DNA of 64,000 nt from Rhynchopus sp. YZ270_cl-10 (GCA_964035575.1 OZ037835.1:1860001-1924000); one strand, 5' to 3'; numbered from the stretch's first letter, positions 41,976 through 52,908 are shown. A program made the numbers and translations. The notes: a model not told the origin generated them from the sequence alone.

Positions 41976-43485
41976 CATCATCTCCACGATGTATTGTATC
42001 ACCTATCTCGGATAGGGGTGCATGCATCGAAAACGGGCCCCCACCTCTGACGAAAGCTAAGAAGTTCGAGGCCAGAGCAGCACTTCATGCGTTGGGTGAG
42101 GACATCACTGCAGAGAGGCTAAAGACTGTGAGGGATGCTGAGGTTGCGTGTTTGCTTCTGCAGGCGGAGGTTGCGACTGTCATTCCGAATCAGTTCTTGG
42201 CACAGACATCGTTAACAGCACTTGATCTGAGTGCTGTGTCCTGTGTGACGGAAATTGGTGATAAGTTTCTTCACCAGTGCACATCGTTGACGAGCATCGA
42301 CCTGTCTGGGTTGACACGTCTCACGCGGATTGGTACCCAGTTTCTTTCCGGCTGCAAGAGCCTCACAGCAGTAGGCTTATCATCATTTCGCAATGTTACA
42401 CACATTGCCGGATGCTTTCTTGCCCACTGCTGCAGCCTCACAGCAGTGGACTTATCACCACTCAGCAATGTTACACAAATTGATGGCTACTTTCTTGACT
42501 ACTGCAGGAGCCTCAAAGCAGCGGACTTATCGCCACTTCGCAATGTTGCATACATTGGTCGCTTCTTTCTTTACAACTGCAACAGCCTCACAGCAGTGGA
42601 CTTGTCAGCGCTCAGCAATGTTACACACATTGATGGCAACTTTCTTGCCTGCTGCAGCAGGCTCACAGAACTAGACCTGTCGCCACTCAGCAGAGTTGCG
42701 CACTTTGGTAAGGACCCTGCTTACGGCTGCACTTCATTGAGGAGCATCCACCTTGGCGGCTGCAGCAGTGCTGTGTCCAGTCGAGTATGTGTAGGCAATC
42801 TGAAGAAGTATGTGGTTGACACACTTACACCTCCACCTCCACCTCCGACACGTGGCAGAGACAAGACGAAAGCAGCCGTTCCTTGCTGTAGTGTTTCGTA
42901 AAGAGCGACAGGAGAAGCTGGGCAAGGAACGTAGAGCAGCTCCGCTGTGACGGCTGTACCCTCATCAAAAGTTCTAAACAAAGTGTGACATGGAGGGGGA
43001 AGCGTTCAACATATCAATCTCAACCACCATTCCGATTCTCGCGATTGTTGCCCTTTTTTCTGAATCTACAACACACACAGCGCATGCACGTTCAGATTAG
43101 TTCATAAGGGTTTGGAATACAATGACGCCGCACTCCTAGGTTTCCTTCTTATGTTTATGATTACATGCAATGCTAAAAGGAAATAGAACACCGTACCCCT
43201 ACTCCCATCCTTCTTCCATATTTTTTAATCCGGGGCGGGTTGGAGTAGAGCCACATTTCACCGGCAGGTAGAGGTGTGTGCGTTTCACCACCCGCAACTT
43301 TGCTTTGTCTAAAAGCTTTCACTGCTCTCCTTCCAAGCTTGCTCTGATACAACTTCAAAGTGTACGGCTACCTACAAAGGAAGCGGCTTTGGTGAGGTGT
43401 TGTTTTCCTTTCACCATGTTCACCCACCACAGCCCCAACTCCCACAACCCCACCACACAACAGAGCAACACAAAAGGAAGACAAA

Positions 43486-44478
43486 ATGGAAGTAGTTATC
43501 AGGGACTGTGCAGACAACTCGTACGTGATCGAGGTGGGCGTGGATGACACAACGGAGACGATGCGGCAGAAGGTGGCGTCTGCAGTGGGGTTGGCTGAGG
43601 ACAGCTTCCACATGGGCTTCGGAGGGAAGGAGGAAGGAGACGACATCACGCAGCTGAGTGCTGGAGACGCAATCGTGTTGACGGAAACTAAGAAGTTAGA
43701 GGCCAGAGCAGCACTTCATGCGTTGGGTGAGGACATCACTGCAGAGAGGCTGGTGACTGTGGAGGATCCTGAGGTGGCGTGTTTGCTTCTGCAGGCGGAG
43801 GTTGCGACTGTCATTCCGAATCAGTTCTTGGCACAGACATCGTTAACAGCACTTGATCTGAGTGCTGTGTCCTGTGTAACGGAAATTGGTGATGAGTTTC
43901 TTCACCGGTGCACATCGTTGACGAGCGTCGACCTGTCTGGGTTGACACGTCTCACGCGGATTGGTACCCACTTTCTTGCCGACTGCAGGAGCCTCACAGC
44001 AGTGGACTTACCGCTACTTCGCAATGTTACACACATTAGTACAAGATTTCTGTACAACTGCAACAGCCTCAAAGTAGTGGACTTATCACCACTCAGCAAT
44101 GTTACACACATTCGTACAAGCTTTCTTGCCCACTGCAGCAGCCTCACCTCAGTGGACTTTTCACCATTTCTCAATGTTACAAGCATTCGTACAGGCTTTC
44201 TTTCCTACTGCAGGAGCCTCGCAGCAGTGGACTTATCGCCACTTTGCAATGTAACACAAATTGCTGACCTGTTTCTTTCCGAATGCAGGAGCCTCACAGA
44301 ACTAGACCTGTCACCGCTCAGCAGAGTTACATTCTTGGGTGAGCATGTTGCTTTCAACTGCATTTCGTTGAGGAGCATCTACCTTGCCGGCTGCAGCAGT
44401 GCTGTGTCCAGTCGAGTACGTGAATGCAAGCTGAAGAAGTATGTGGTTGACGCACGTCCTCGCTGCGTTGTTTCGTAA
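43486..44478 (+). CDS. UBL-LRR protein copy 6 (330 aa; 4 variable LRRs; ends CVVS)
   Basis: Paralogue. Confidence 0.88.
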   Translation: MEVVIRDCADNSYVIEVGVDDTTETMRQKVASAVGLAEDSFHMGFGGKEEGDDITQLSAGDAIVLTETKKLEARAALHALGEDITAERLVTVEDPEVACLLLQAEVATVIPNQFLAQTSLTALDLSAVSCVTEIGDEFLHRCTSLTSVDLSGLTRLTRIGTHFLADCRSLTAVDLPLLRNVTHISTRFLYNCNSLKVVDLSPLSNVTHIRTSFLAHCSSLTSVDFSPFLNVTSIRTGFLSYCRSLAAVDLSPLCNVTQIADLFLSECRSLTELDLSPLSRVTFLGEHVAFNCISLRSIYLAGCSSAVSSRVRECKLKKYVVDARPRCVVS

Positions 44479-44569
44479 ATAGCTACATCAGAAGCTAGGC
44501 AAGGAACGTAGAGCAGCTCCGCTGTGACAGCTGCTTGTCCCATTCTGCGACGTCGGTGTGAGTCTTTGA

Positions 44570-44780
44570 ACACTGCCATCCGCGCCACCAAAGAGAAACA
44601 GAGCTGCAAGCATGCGACCTTTGCCCTGCCTGCCGACACCTTTCTTGTTCTCTGCTCTAAGAAAAGACATCCCGAGCAACATCGCAAAGCACGACCAGCT
44701 CTGTCTGTCCAGGGCTGGGGAAGGTGAGTCTGAGCTCCTAGACCGTGTATGTAGTGACCAACCCCACAGCAAAGGGGTAA
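44570..44780 (+). pseudogene. Collapsed relic of the PH/5-phosphatase gene
   Basis: Three adjacent blocks match ~14945-15020, ~15703-15774 and ~16144-16178, in gene order. Confidence 0.8.
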
Positions 44781-45531
44781 GACAGTAGTCATTCATTTAC
44801 CGTTCTGAGAGGGTCGAGAGATGGGGTGGGGAGGGGTGGGGGCAAAAGGCTGGTTTTTGTTTCATAAGAAGCTCCAACAATTTTGTAGACTCTGCCAAAG
44901 GGAGTGGGGTTTCGTGTGTTTAGCATTTGAGTCGATGACAGACACCCCAGACTGTTTTCCCGCTTTCAGGTCACAAAAGTGCCGGGAAGTGTGTCCACAA
45001 TCACCCTCAAAACGTTTTTCTGGACCACTCCCAAACAACAGAAAAGTAAATGGAAAAAAGTGTTGGAAGCAAAAGGGAAGAACAAAACAATGTTGTTTCC
45101 AACAGGGATAGGCTCTGAGTAACTTTCCATCAAAAGGCCCCACTACCTCCACCTGTTTTCACACCCCTATCACCCTTGTTCTCCTGGAACAGTATTCTGC
45201 CCAAGTCGGAGGGAAAGGCAATGCACCATTTTGCGAAGACTTCTTTCCTGTTGGTGCATGGGGGTATCTGCAACGTGTCTTTTGCTGATGTACTTCGTAG
45301 CAACCTCGTGGGCTTTGATCCTTCGACAACTCGCCTAAGTACCCAGAAGAGGGTCTGTGCTCAATGTTGGCCGAATCCTTTTACACTACAGAAGGAAAAG
45401 ACGTAAAGAGCAATATTACACAAAGTGGCGTAGTCCGCATGAGTGCTCCTCAATGTGTACGGCTACCTACAAAGGAAGCAACTCCCACAACCCCACCACA
45501 CAACAGAGCAACACAAAGAATAGAAGACAAA

Positions 45532-46572
45532 ATGGAAGTAGTTATCAAGGACTGTGCAGACAACTCGTACATGATTGAGGTGGGTGTGGATGACACAACG
45601 GAGACGATGCGGCAGAAGGTGGCGTCTGCAGTGGGGTTGGCTGAGGACAGCTTCCACATGGGCTTCGGAGGGAAGGAGGAAGGAGACGACATCACGCAGC
45701 TGAGTGCTGGAGACGCAATCGTGTTGACGAAAAGTAAGAAGTTCGTGGCCAGAGCAGCACTTCATGCGTTGGGTGAGGACATCACTGCAGAGAGGCTGGT
45801 GACTGTGGAGGATCCTGAGGTTGCGTGTTTGCTTCTGCAGGCGGAGGTTGCGACTGTCATTCCGAATAGGTTTTTGGCACACACATCGTTAACAGCACTT
45901 GATCTGAGTGCTGTGTCCTGTGTGACGGAAATTGGTCATGAGTTTCTTTACCGGTGCACATCGTTGACGAGCATCGACCTGTCTGGGTTGATATGTCTCA
46001 CGCGGATTGGTAGCAGCTTTCTTGACAGCTGCACCAGCCTCACAGCAGTAGACTTATCGCCACTTCGCAATGTTACACACATTGCTACATACTTTCTTGC
46101 CTACTGCACCAGCCTCACAGCGGTAGATTTGTCACCACTTCGCAATGTTACTCAAATTGATAACCGGTTTCTTTACAACTGCAGCAGCCTCACATCAGTG
46201 GACTTATCACCACTCAGCAATATTACTCAAATTGGAACAAGGTTTCTATCTGACTGCAGAAGCCTCACAGCAGTAGACTTATCGTCACTCAGCAATGTTA
46301 CTCGAATTGGCACAAGCTTTCTATCCGACTGCAAAAGCCTGACAGAACTAGACCTGTCACCGCTCAGCAGAGTTACGCACTTTGGTGAGCTTCCTGCTGA
46401 CAGCTGCACTTCATTGAGGAGCATCCACCTTGGCGGCTGCAGCAGTGCTGTGTCCAGTCGAGTACGTGAATTCAAGCTGAAGAAGTATGTGGTTGACGCA
46501 CCTCCACCTCCACCTCCGACACGTGGCAGAGACAAGACGAAAGCAGCCTTGCCTTGCTGCAGTGTTTCGTAA
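45532..46572 (+). CDS. UBL-LRR protein copy 7 (346 aa; 4 variable LRRs; ends CCSVS)
   Basis: Paralogue. Confidence 0.88.
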   Translation: MEVVIKDCADNSYMIEVGVDDTTETMRQKVASAVGLAEDSFHMGFGGKEEGDDITQLSAGDAIVLTKSKKFVARAALHALGEDITAERLVTVEDPEVACLLLQAEVATVIPNRFLAHTSLTALDLSAVSCVTEIGHEFLYRCTSLTSIDLSGLICLTRIGSSFLDSCTSLTAVDLSPLRNVTHIATYFLAYCTSLTAVDLSPLRNVTQIDNRFLYNCSSLTSVDLSPLSNITQIGTRFLSDCRSLTAVDLSSLSNVTRIGTSFLSDCKSLTELDLSPLSRVTHFGELPADSCTSLRSIHLGGCSSAVSSRVREFKLKKYVVDAPPPPPPTRGRDKTKAALPCCSVS

Positions 46573-47304
46573 AGAGCGACAGGAGAAGCTAGGCAAGGAA
46601 CGTAGAGCAGCTCCGCTGTGACAGCTGCTTCACTCAGCTGCGCAACTCACTGAGGTGGGCCTTCGAATATCGCCGCCCCTGTGGTCCCCATCTCGACGGC
46701 AGCGGCCTCACCCACGCATTCTCTTTCAGGATGCACGACAAAATGGATTGACGATACTTTTGCTGTGGGGTGGATGCGTACAACTAACAAACTCACCCCC
46801 TGTTTCGTTTCCCGTTTTCCTGTGTGGGTGAAGATAGCTATTGACACCGTAGTACTTACCGTTGTGAGAGGGGTGGGGTGGAGAGGTGGGGTGGGGGCAA
46901 AAGGCTGGTTTTTGTTTCATAAAAAGCTCCAACAATTTTGTAGAATCTGCCAAAGGGAGTGGGGTTTCGTGTGTTTATCATTTGAGTCGATGACACACAC
47001 CCCAGAACGTTTTTCCGCTTTCAGGTCACAAAAGTGCCGGGAGGTGCCCACAATCACCCCCCAAGACGACTTTGTGCGGGATTTTGCGGGTGAAAAGGTG
47101 CAGCACACAAGTGGTCCTGTGCTGTGTTTTTGCACACAAATGAAATGTGTGGCGTGCCCACGCAACGACATGTTTTCTATCAAAAGGCCCCCCTACCTCC
47201 ACCTGTTTTCACACCCCTATCACCCTTCTCCTCGTTGTTCACCCACCACAGACCCAACTCCCACAACCCCACCACACAACAGAGCAACACAGAAGGAAGA
47301 CAAC

Positions 47305-48345
47305 ATGGAAGTAGTTATCAAGGACTGTGCAGACAACTCGTACGTGATTGAGGTGGGTGTGGATGACACAACGGAGACGATGCGGCAGAAGGTGGCGTCT
47401 GCAGTGGGGTTGGCTGAGGACAGCTTCCACATGGGCTTCGGAGGGAAGGACGAAGGAGACGACATCACGCAGCTGAGTGCTGGAGACGCAATCATTCTGA
47501 CGGAAAGTAAGAAGTTCGTGGCCAGAGCAGCACTTCATGCGTTGGGTGAGGACATCACAGCGGTGCGGCTGGTGACTGTGGAGGATCCTGAGGTGGCGTG
47601 TTTGCTTCTGCAGGCGGAGGTTGCGACTGTCATTCCGAATAAGTTCTTGGCACAGACATCGTTAACAGCACTTGATCTGAGTGCTGTGTCCTGTGTGACG
47701 GAAATTGGTGATGACTTTCTTCACCACTGCACAACGTTGACGAGCATCGACCTGTCTGGGTTGACACGTGTCACGCGGATTGGCACCCACTTTGTCGCCC
47801 AATGCAGCAGCCTCACAGCAGTAGACTTGTCGCTACTTCGCAATGTTACACACATTAGTACAAGATTTCTGTACAACTGCACGAGCCTCACATCAGTGGA
47901 CTTATCGCCACTTCGCAATGTTAGACAAATTGATTACTGGTTTCTTTCCAACTGCACCAGCCTCACATCAGTGGACTTATCACCACTTCGCAATATTACT
48001 CAAATTGATGGCCACTTTCTTGCCTACTGCACCAGCCTCAAAGTAGTGGACTTATCACCACTTTGCAATGTTACTCAAGTTGGTACTAACTTTCTCACCT
48101 TCTGCAGGAGCCTCACAGAACTAGACCTGTCGCCACTCAGCAGAGTTACGTTCTTTGGTGAGCAGCTTGCTTACAACTGCACTTCGTTGAGGAGCATCCA
48201 CCTTGCCGGCTGCAGCAGTGCTGTGTCCAGTCGAGTACGTGAAGGCGATCTGAAGGAGTATGTGGTTGACGCACGTCCTCGCTGCAGTGTTTCGCAAAGA
48301 GCCACATCAGAAGCTACGGAAGGACGTAGAGCAGCTCCGCTGTGA
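47305..48345 (+). CDS. UBL-LRR protein copy 8 (346 aa; 4 variable LRRs; extended past CSVS)
   Basis: Paralogue; TAA>CAA at the conserved stop. Confidence 0.88.
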   Translation: MEVVIKDCADNSYVIEVGVDDTTETMRQKVASAVGLAEDSFHMGFGGKDEGDDITQLSAGDAIILTESKKFVARAALHALGEDITAVRLVTVEDPEVACLLLQAEVATVIPNKFLAQTSLTALDLSAVSCVTEIGDDFLHHCTTLTSIDLSGLTRVTRIGTHFVAQCSSLTAVDLSLLRNVTHISTRFLYNCTSLTSVDLSPLRNVRQIDYWFLSNCTSLTSVDLSPLRNITQIDGHFLAYCTSLKVVDLSPLCNVTQVGTNFLTFCRSLTELDLSPLSRVTFFGEQLAYNCTSLRSIHLAGCSSAVSSRVREGDLKEYVVDARPRCSVSQRATSEATEGRRAAPL

Positions 48346-49341
48346 CAGCTGCTTCACTCAGCTGCGCAACTCGCTCAGGTGGGCCTTCGAATATCGCCGC
48401 CCCTGTGGTCCCCATCTCGACGGCAGCGGCCTCACCCACGCATTCTCTTTCAGGATGCACGACAAAATGGATTGACGATACTTTTGCTGTGGGGTGGATG
48501 CGTACAACTAACAAACTCAACCCCTGTTTGGTTTTCCGTTTTCCTGTGTGGGTGAAGATAGCTATTGACACCGTAGTATTTACCGTTGTGCGAGGGGTGG
48601 AGAGGTGGGGTGGGGGCAAAAGGCTGGTTTTTGTTTCATAAAAAGCTCCAACAATTTTGTAGAATCTGCCAAAGGGAGTGGGGTTTCGTGTGTTTAGCAT
48701 TTGAGTCGATGACAGACACCCCAGACTGTTTTCCCGCTTTCAGGTCGCAACAGTGCAGGGAAGTGTCCCAAAACGATTTTCTGGGGGGTTTTACGGGTGA
48801 ATAGGGTCAGCACACAGGTGGGTCCGTGCTGTTTTTTCCACAGAACCGACATGTGGGCCATGTCCCACCTTCTACACAAATGATTTTATTGAACGCATCC
48901 TTTTTTTTCTAATTATTTATTTGAAACGCAGAGTTTGACAATTTTCCTGATGAAGATGTAATGTATGTGCGAGAGATGGGGAGCACGGGAGGGAAAAAAC
49001 GACTCGTGGATACTGAAAAATTTCACTAGAAATGCACGCATGTCTTATAAAAATAATAAAACCTACATTCTTGAGCTCTTCTAAACGACGTGATTTTCAT
49101 TGGACGCATCCCTCTAGCCCCCCTCTGTAAGTGTTGATTGAATTGGAGTCGGGGAGCACAAGCAAAGGGCAATGAAAGGAAAACAATGAGTAAAAGAACA
49201 AGATAGAAGAGACAGTATTTATGTCTGAGTTTCACACGCAATTCCAATCATTCGAACCGAAGCCGCCCAAACATTTCGGTCTGTATTATTTCCTAACAAC
49301 CGTACGCGTACCGCCTCGTGTGTTGTGTACAAAAAACAAAT

Positions 49342-50234
49342 CAGTCCTATTCGTGGTCATTTACCCCCCCCCCCCTAAATTTACCCCCCCCCCCCCTTAT
49401 TTTACCCCCTTTTTCAGAAAAAAACGGTTCAGGCCAAAATAACATGGTAATTTACCCCCCCCCCTTATAATACCCTGTTGTGGCTGGTAATTTTTGGGTA
49501 ATTATCGCCGCAACACGCCAGGTGGTGTTTTGTCACGAGTGACCTAAACCCACGAGCGAAGCGAGGGGGTTCAGGGAACGAGTGGCAAAACACCACCTGG
49601 CGTGTAATTATGGGGTAATAGTTTCACTTAGTGCAGCGCATACCTGTTTTGTTTTATGGTTTGCTGGGAGGGGCTGATGTGTTCAGCGGGTCGTACATCC
49701 GGAGACTGTAGGACTCGTCTGATTTGAAGCTGGAGACAAGCTCGAAATGAGGAAAGGGGTAAAGTGCAAATAATCTTTCACCCTGTTTTACATCACGTGT
49801 GCAGGTAGATGGGTGCAGGTGGGTACGTTTGTGCTGCGTGGGCGATACGTTTGGGACACCTCACGGAATCTGAGGCAACACCGTGATCCCTGACCAGTCA
49901 TGGTTCAGGCACGGGCAGAAAGATGATGTGGATGATGTGGATCCATGATGCATGACTGCTTGCGATGTCGCAAGGAAGTGAGGAATTTTTTTCAGATGAC
50001 ACATTTGTCATGAGAGCATGTGTCGTCACACTGTGTTGTGCAAAATTTTACCCCACCGTGTATGAAAAAGTCCCCCCTTCCCACCCAAAAACATGACCTA
50101 ACCCATAACATGGTAATTTACCCCCCCCCCTTACCCCCTCATTTACCCCCCCCCCTTATTTTACCCCCTTATTTCCAAAATTTCCGGTTCACCGACCCAA
50201 AGGGGGGGGGGGTAAATGACCACGAATAGGACTG
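49342..50234. mobile_element. Non-autonomous TIR element, ~33-bp TIR CAGTCCTATTCGTGGTCATTTAC(n), apparent 2-bp AT TSD
   Basis: Matching TIRs at both ends. The paralogous empty site acaaatgaataaaaaatg at 26841 shows that AT is duplicated. Confidence 0.85.
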
Positions 50235-50495
50235 ATGAATAAAAAATGTTAAAATCAAAAAGGAAGAACATAACAATGTGGTTTTCAACAGGGATAAGCT
50301 CCAAGTACCTACAAAGTGGCATCCACCCATTTCTAAAATGTGGTGCATGAGAGAGAAATGTGCAGAGCTTTGTGTGCGAATGCAAAGGAAAACATGGTGC
50401 TTTGTGAACAGCTCTCAGCGGCCCTGTTCCAACAATGTAACAAAATGCCTAAAAAAGTACAAAACAAAATCCCGTTGTTATTTTTCTTTCACCAT

Positions 50496-50611
50496 CACCA
50501 GTGTGATCTGGGTGAGGAAGCGTTCCAACTTTTCAATATCTCACCCATTTTTTCTATTCGCGATTTTTTCCCCACCCCGTTTTTAGAATCAACAAAGTGT
50601 GTACATTAAGA
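50496..50611 (+). mobile_element. 116-bp insertion flanked by a TTTCACCAT direct repeat; related copy at ~59821-59933
   Basis: Paralogous upstream regions read ctttcaccatgttcacc without the insert. Repeats at 50487-50495 and 50612-50620. Confidence 0.7.
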
Positions 50612-50691
50612 TTTCACCATGTTCACCCACCACATCCCCAACTCCCACAACCCCACCACACAACAGAGCAACACAAAGAATAGAAGACAAC

Positions 50692-51885
50692 ATGGAAGTA
50701 GTTATCAAGGACTGTGCAGACAACTCGTACGTTATCGAGGTGGGTGTGGATGACACAACGGAGACGATGCGGCAGAAGGTGGCGTCTGCAGTGGGGTTGG
50801 CTGAGGACAGCTTCCACATGGGCTTCGGAGGGAAGGAGGAAGGAGACGACATCACGCAGCTGAGTGCTGGAGACGCAATCGTGTTGACGAAAACTCAGAA
50901 GTTCGCGGCCAGAGCAGCACTTCATGCGTTGGGTGAGAGGGACATCACTGCAGAGAGGCTGGTGACTGTGGAGGATCCTGAGGTTGCGCGTTTGCTTCTG
51001 CAGGCGGAGGTTGCGACTGTCATTCCGAATAAGTTCTTCGCACAGACATCGTTAACAGCACTTGATCTGAGTGCTATGTCCTGTGTGACGGAAATTGGTG
51101 CTCAGTTTCTTCACGGGTGCGCAACGTTAACAAGCCTCGACCTTTCTGGGTTGACACGTCTCACCCGGATTGGTAACAGCTTTGTTTCCGACTGCACCAG
51201 CCTCACAGCAGTGGACTTATCACCACTTCGCAATGTTACACACATTCGTGCAAGATTTCTTTTCAACTGCAGGAGACTCACAGAACTAGACTTATCACCG
51301 CTCAGCAGTGTGTCACAAATAAATAGCTGGTTTCTTGCCTTGTGCAGCAGCCTCACTGCAGTGGACTTAGCACCACTTCGCAATGTTACTCAAATTGATG
51401 ACCGGTTTCTTTCCCACTGCACCAGCCTCACAACAGTAGACTTATCATCACTTCGCAATGTTACACACATTAATGAGCGGTTTCTTGCCTACTGCAGCAG
51501 CCTCACAACAGTGGACATATCACCACTTCGCAGTGTTACTCACATTGACACAAGCTTTCTTGACCACTGCAGCAGCCTCACAGCAGTCGACTTATCACCA
51601 CTCCGCAATGTCACCAAAATAGGTTCAACCTTACTTTCTGACTGCAGCAGCCTCACAGAACTAGACCTGTCAACACTCAGCAGAGTTACGCACTTTGGTG
51701 AGCTACCTGCTTACAACTGCACTTCGTTGAGGAGCATCCACCTTGGCGGCTGCAGCAGTGCTGTGTCCAGTCGAGTACGTGAAGGCGAGCTGAAGAAGTA
51801 TGTGGTTGACGCACCTCCACCTCCACCTCCGACACGTGGCAGAGACAAGACGAAAGCAGCCGTGCCTTGCTGCAGTGTTTCGTAA
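50692..51885 (+). CDS. UBL-LRR protein copy 9 (397 aa; 6 variable LRRs; ends CCSVS)
   Basis: Paralogue. Confidence 0.88.
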   Translation: MEVVIKDCADNSYVIEVGVDDTTETMRQKVASAVGLAEDSFHMGFGGKEEGDDITQLSAGDAIVLTKTQKFAARAALHALGERDITAERLVTVEDPEVARLLLQAEVATVIPNKFFAQTSLTALDLSAMSCVTEIGAQFLHGCATLTSLDLSGLTRLTRIGNSFVSDCTSLTAVDLSPLRNVTHIRARFLFNCRRLTELDLSPLSSVSQINSWFLALCSSLTAVDLAPLRNVTQIDDRFLSHCTSLTTVDLSSLRNVTHINERFLAYCSSLTTVDISPLRSVTHIDTSFLDHCSSLTAVDLSPLRNVTKIGSTLLSDCSSLTELDLSTLSRVTHFGELPAYNCTSLRSIHLGGCSSAVSSRVREGELKKYVVDAPPPPPPTRGRDKTKAAVPCCSVS

Positions 51886-52908
51886 AGAGCGACAGGAGAA
51901 GCTAGGCAAGGAACGTAGAGCAGCTCCGCTGTGACAGCTGCTTGTCCCATTCTGCGACGTCGGTGAGAGTCTTAGAAGAACGCTATCCGCACCACCAAAG
52001 AAACGTAGCTGCAGGATGTGAACTTTGCCCTGGAAGCTCAATAATTGTGTCGCAGGTATTTTGCGAAACAAATCATGCCGGTATAGCAAAGCGTTACTTT
52101 TGTGTTGTCACATAATATTATGATACTCGTCTTTCTGTGCTATTCACAGAACTCGATAGGCGATTGAGCGTATCTAACAACAACCAAAAGACTGTACAAA
52201 GAAGAGGATAAGAAATGCGGGAAAAATAGACAACGAGAAGACAAATAGATTTTGACAAAGGGACAATAAAAAAAATTTTTTTTTTTTTTCCACTTATCAC
52301 GGTTCGGAAAAGTACTTTTTTAAAAAGTGATATTTTTTGGTCAAAAAAAGTACTTTTTCACTTTTCGAAAAAAAAAGTACTTTGGGGGCTCCCTAAAACA
52401 TGTTAAAAAATCGCAAAAAAGTTCAAAAAGTGTTTTTTACCTTTGCCAAAACTGAGATACAAAGGGGAAAAAAATGTTTTTTCCCAGCCAAAACTGGGAA
52501 AAACACATGTTTTCGTATGTTTTCAAATGTTTACGGACCCTCGGACTACGGACCCTCCCACCCCACTTTCCAGCTATTTTGACTTATAGAAAGGGACTCT
52601 CGCAAATTTTTTTTTCCGCCTATATAGGGCTAATTTCGACGATTTGAGGCCGTTAAAACCAGAATTTGACACTTTTGAGCATCTGTGGGGGTCTAAAACG
52701 TGGTTTCGCGCACCCGAAATTTCGTGGTTTTTACTTAGGAAAATGCCCATTTCAACCCAAATTTTCGGTTTTTCTGGCCCGAAAGTCCAAAAAAAAAGCG
52801 CCGGGGGGCTTCGCCCCCCGAACCCCCCAGACCCCCCTATGCAATTGGGGGCCTGCGGCGCAGTTCGGAGCTCTAGGTCATACCGAACCTGAATTTTAAA
52901 TGTAACTA

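Larger units (their letters stand above)
32867..42045 (+). mobile_element. Non-LTR retrotransposon B (9.2 kb), 19-bp TSD TCTGACGAAAGCTAAGAAG, no poly(A) tail
   Basis: TSD at 32848-32866 and 42046-42064. Two uninterrupted long ORFs with APE and RT motifs. Confidence 0.95.
32657..42901 (+). pseudogene. UBL-LRR copy 5, split by retrotransposon B (5' part 32657-32866; 3' part 42065-42901)
   Basis: The UBL-coding part ends ...ILTKAKK at the left TSD. The remainder FEARAALHALGEDIT... resumes after the right TSD. Confidence 0.92.
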
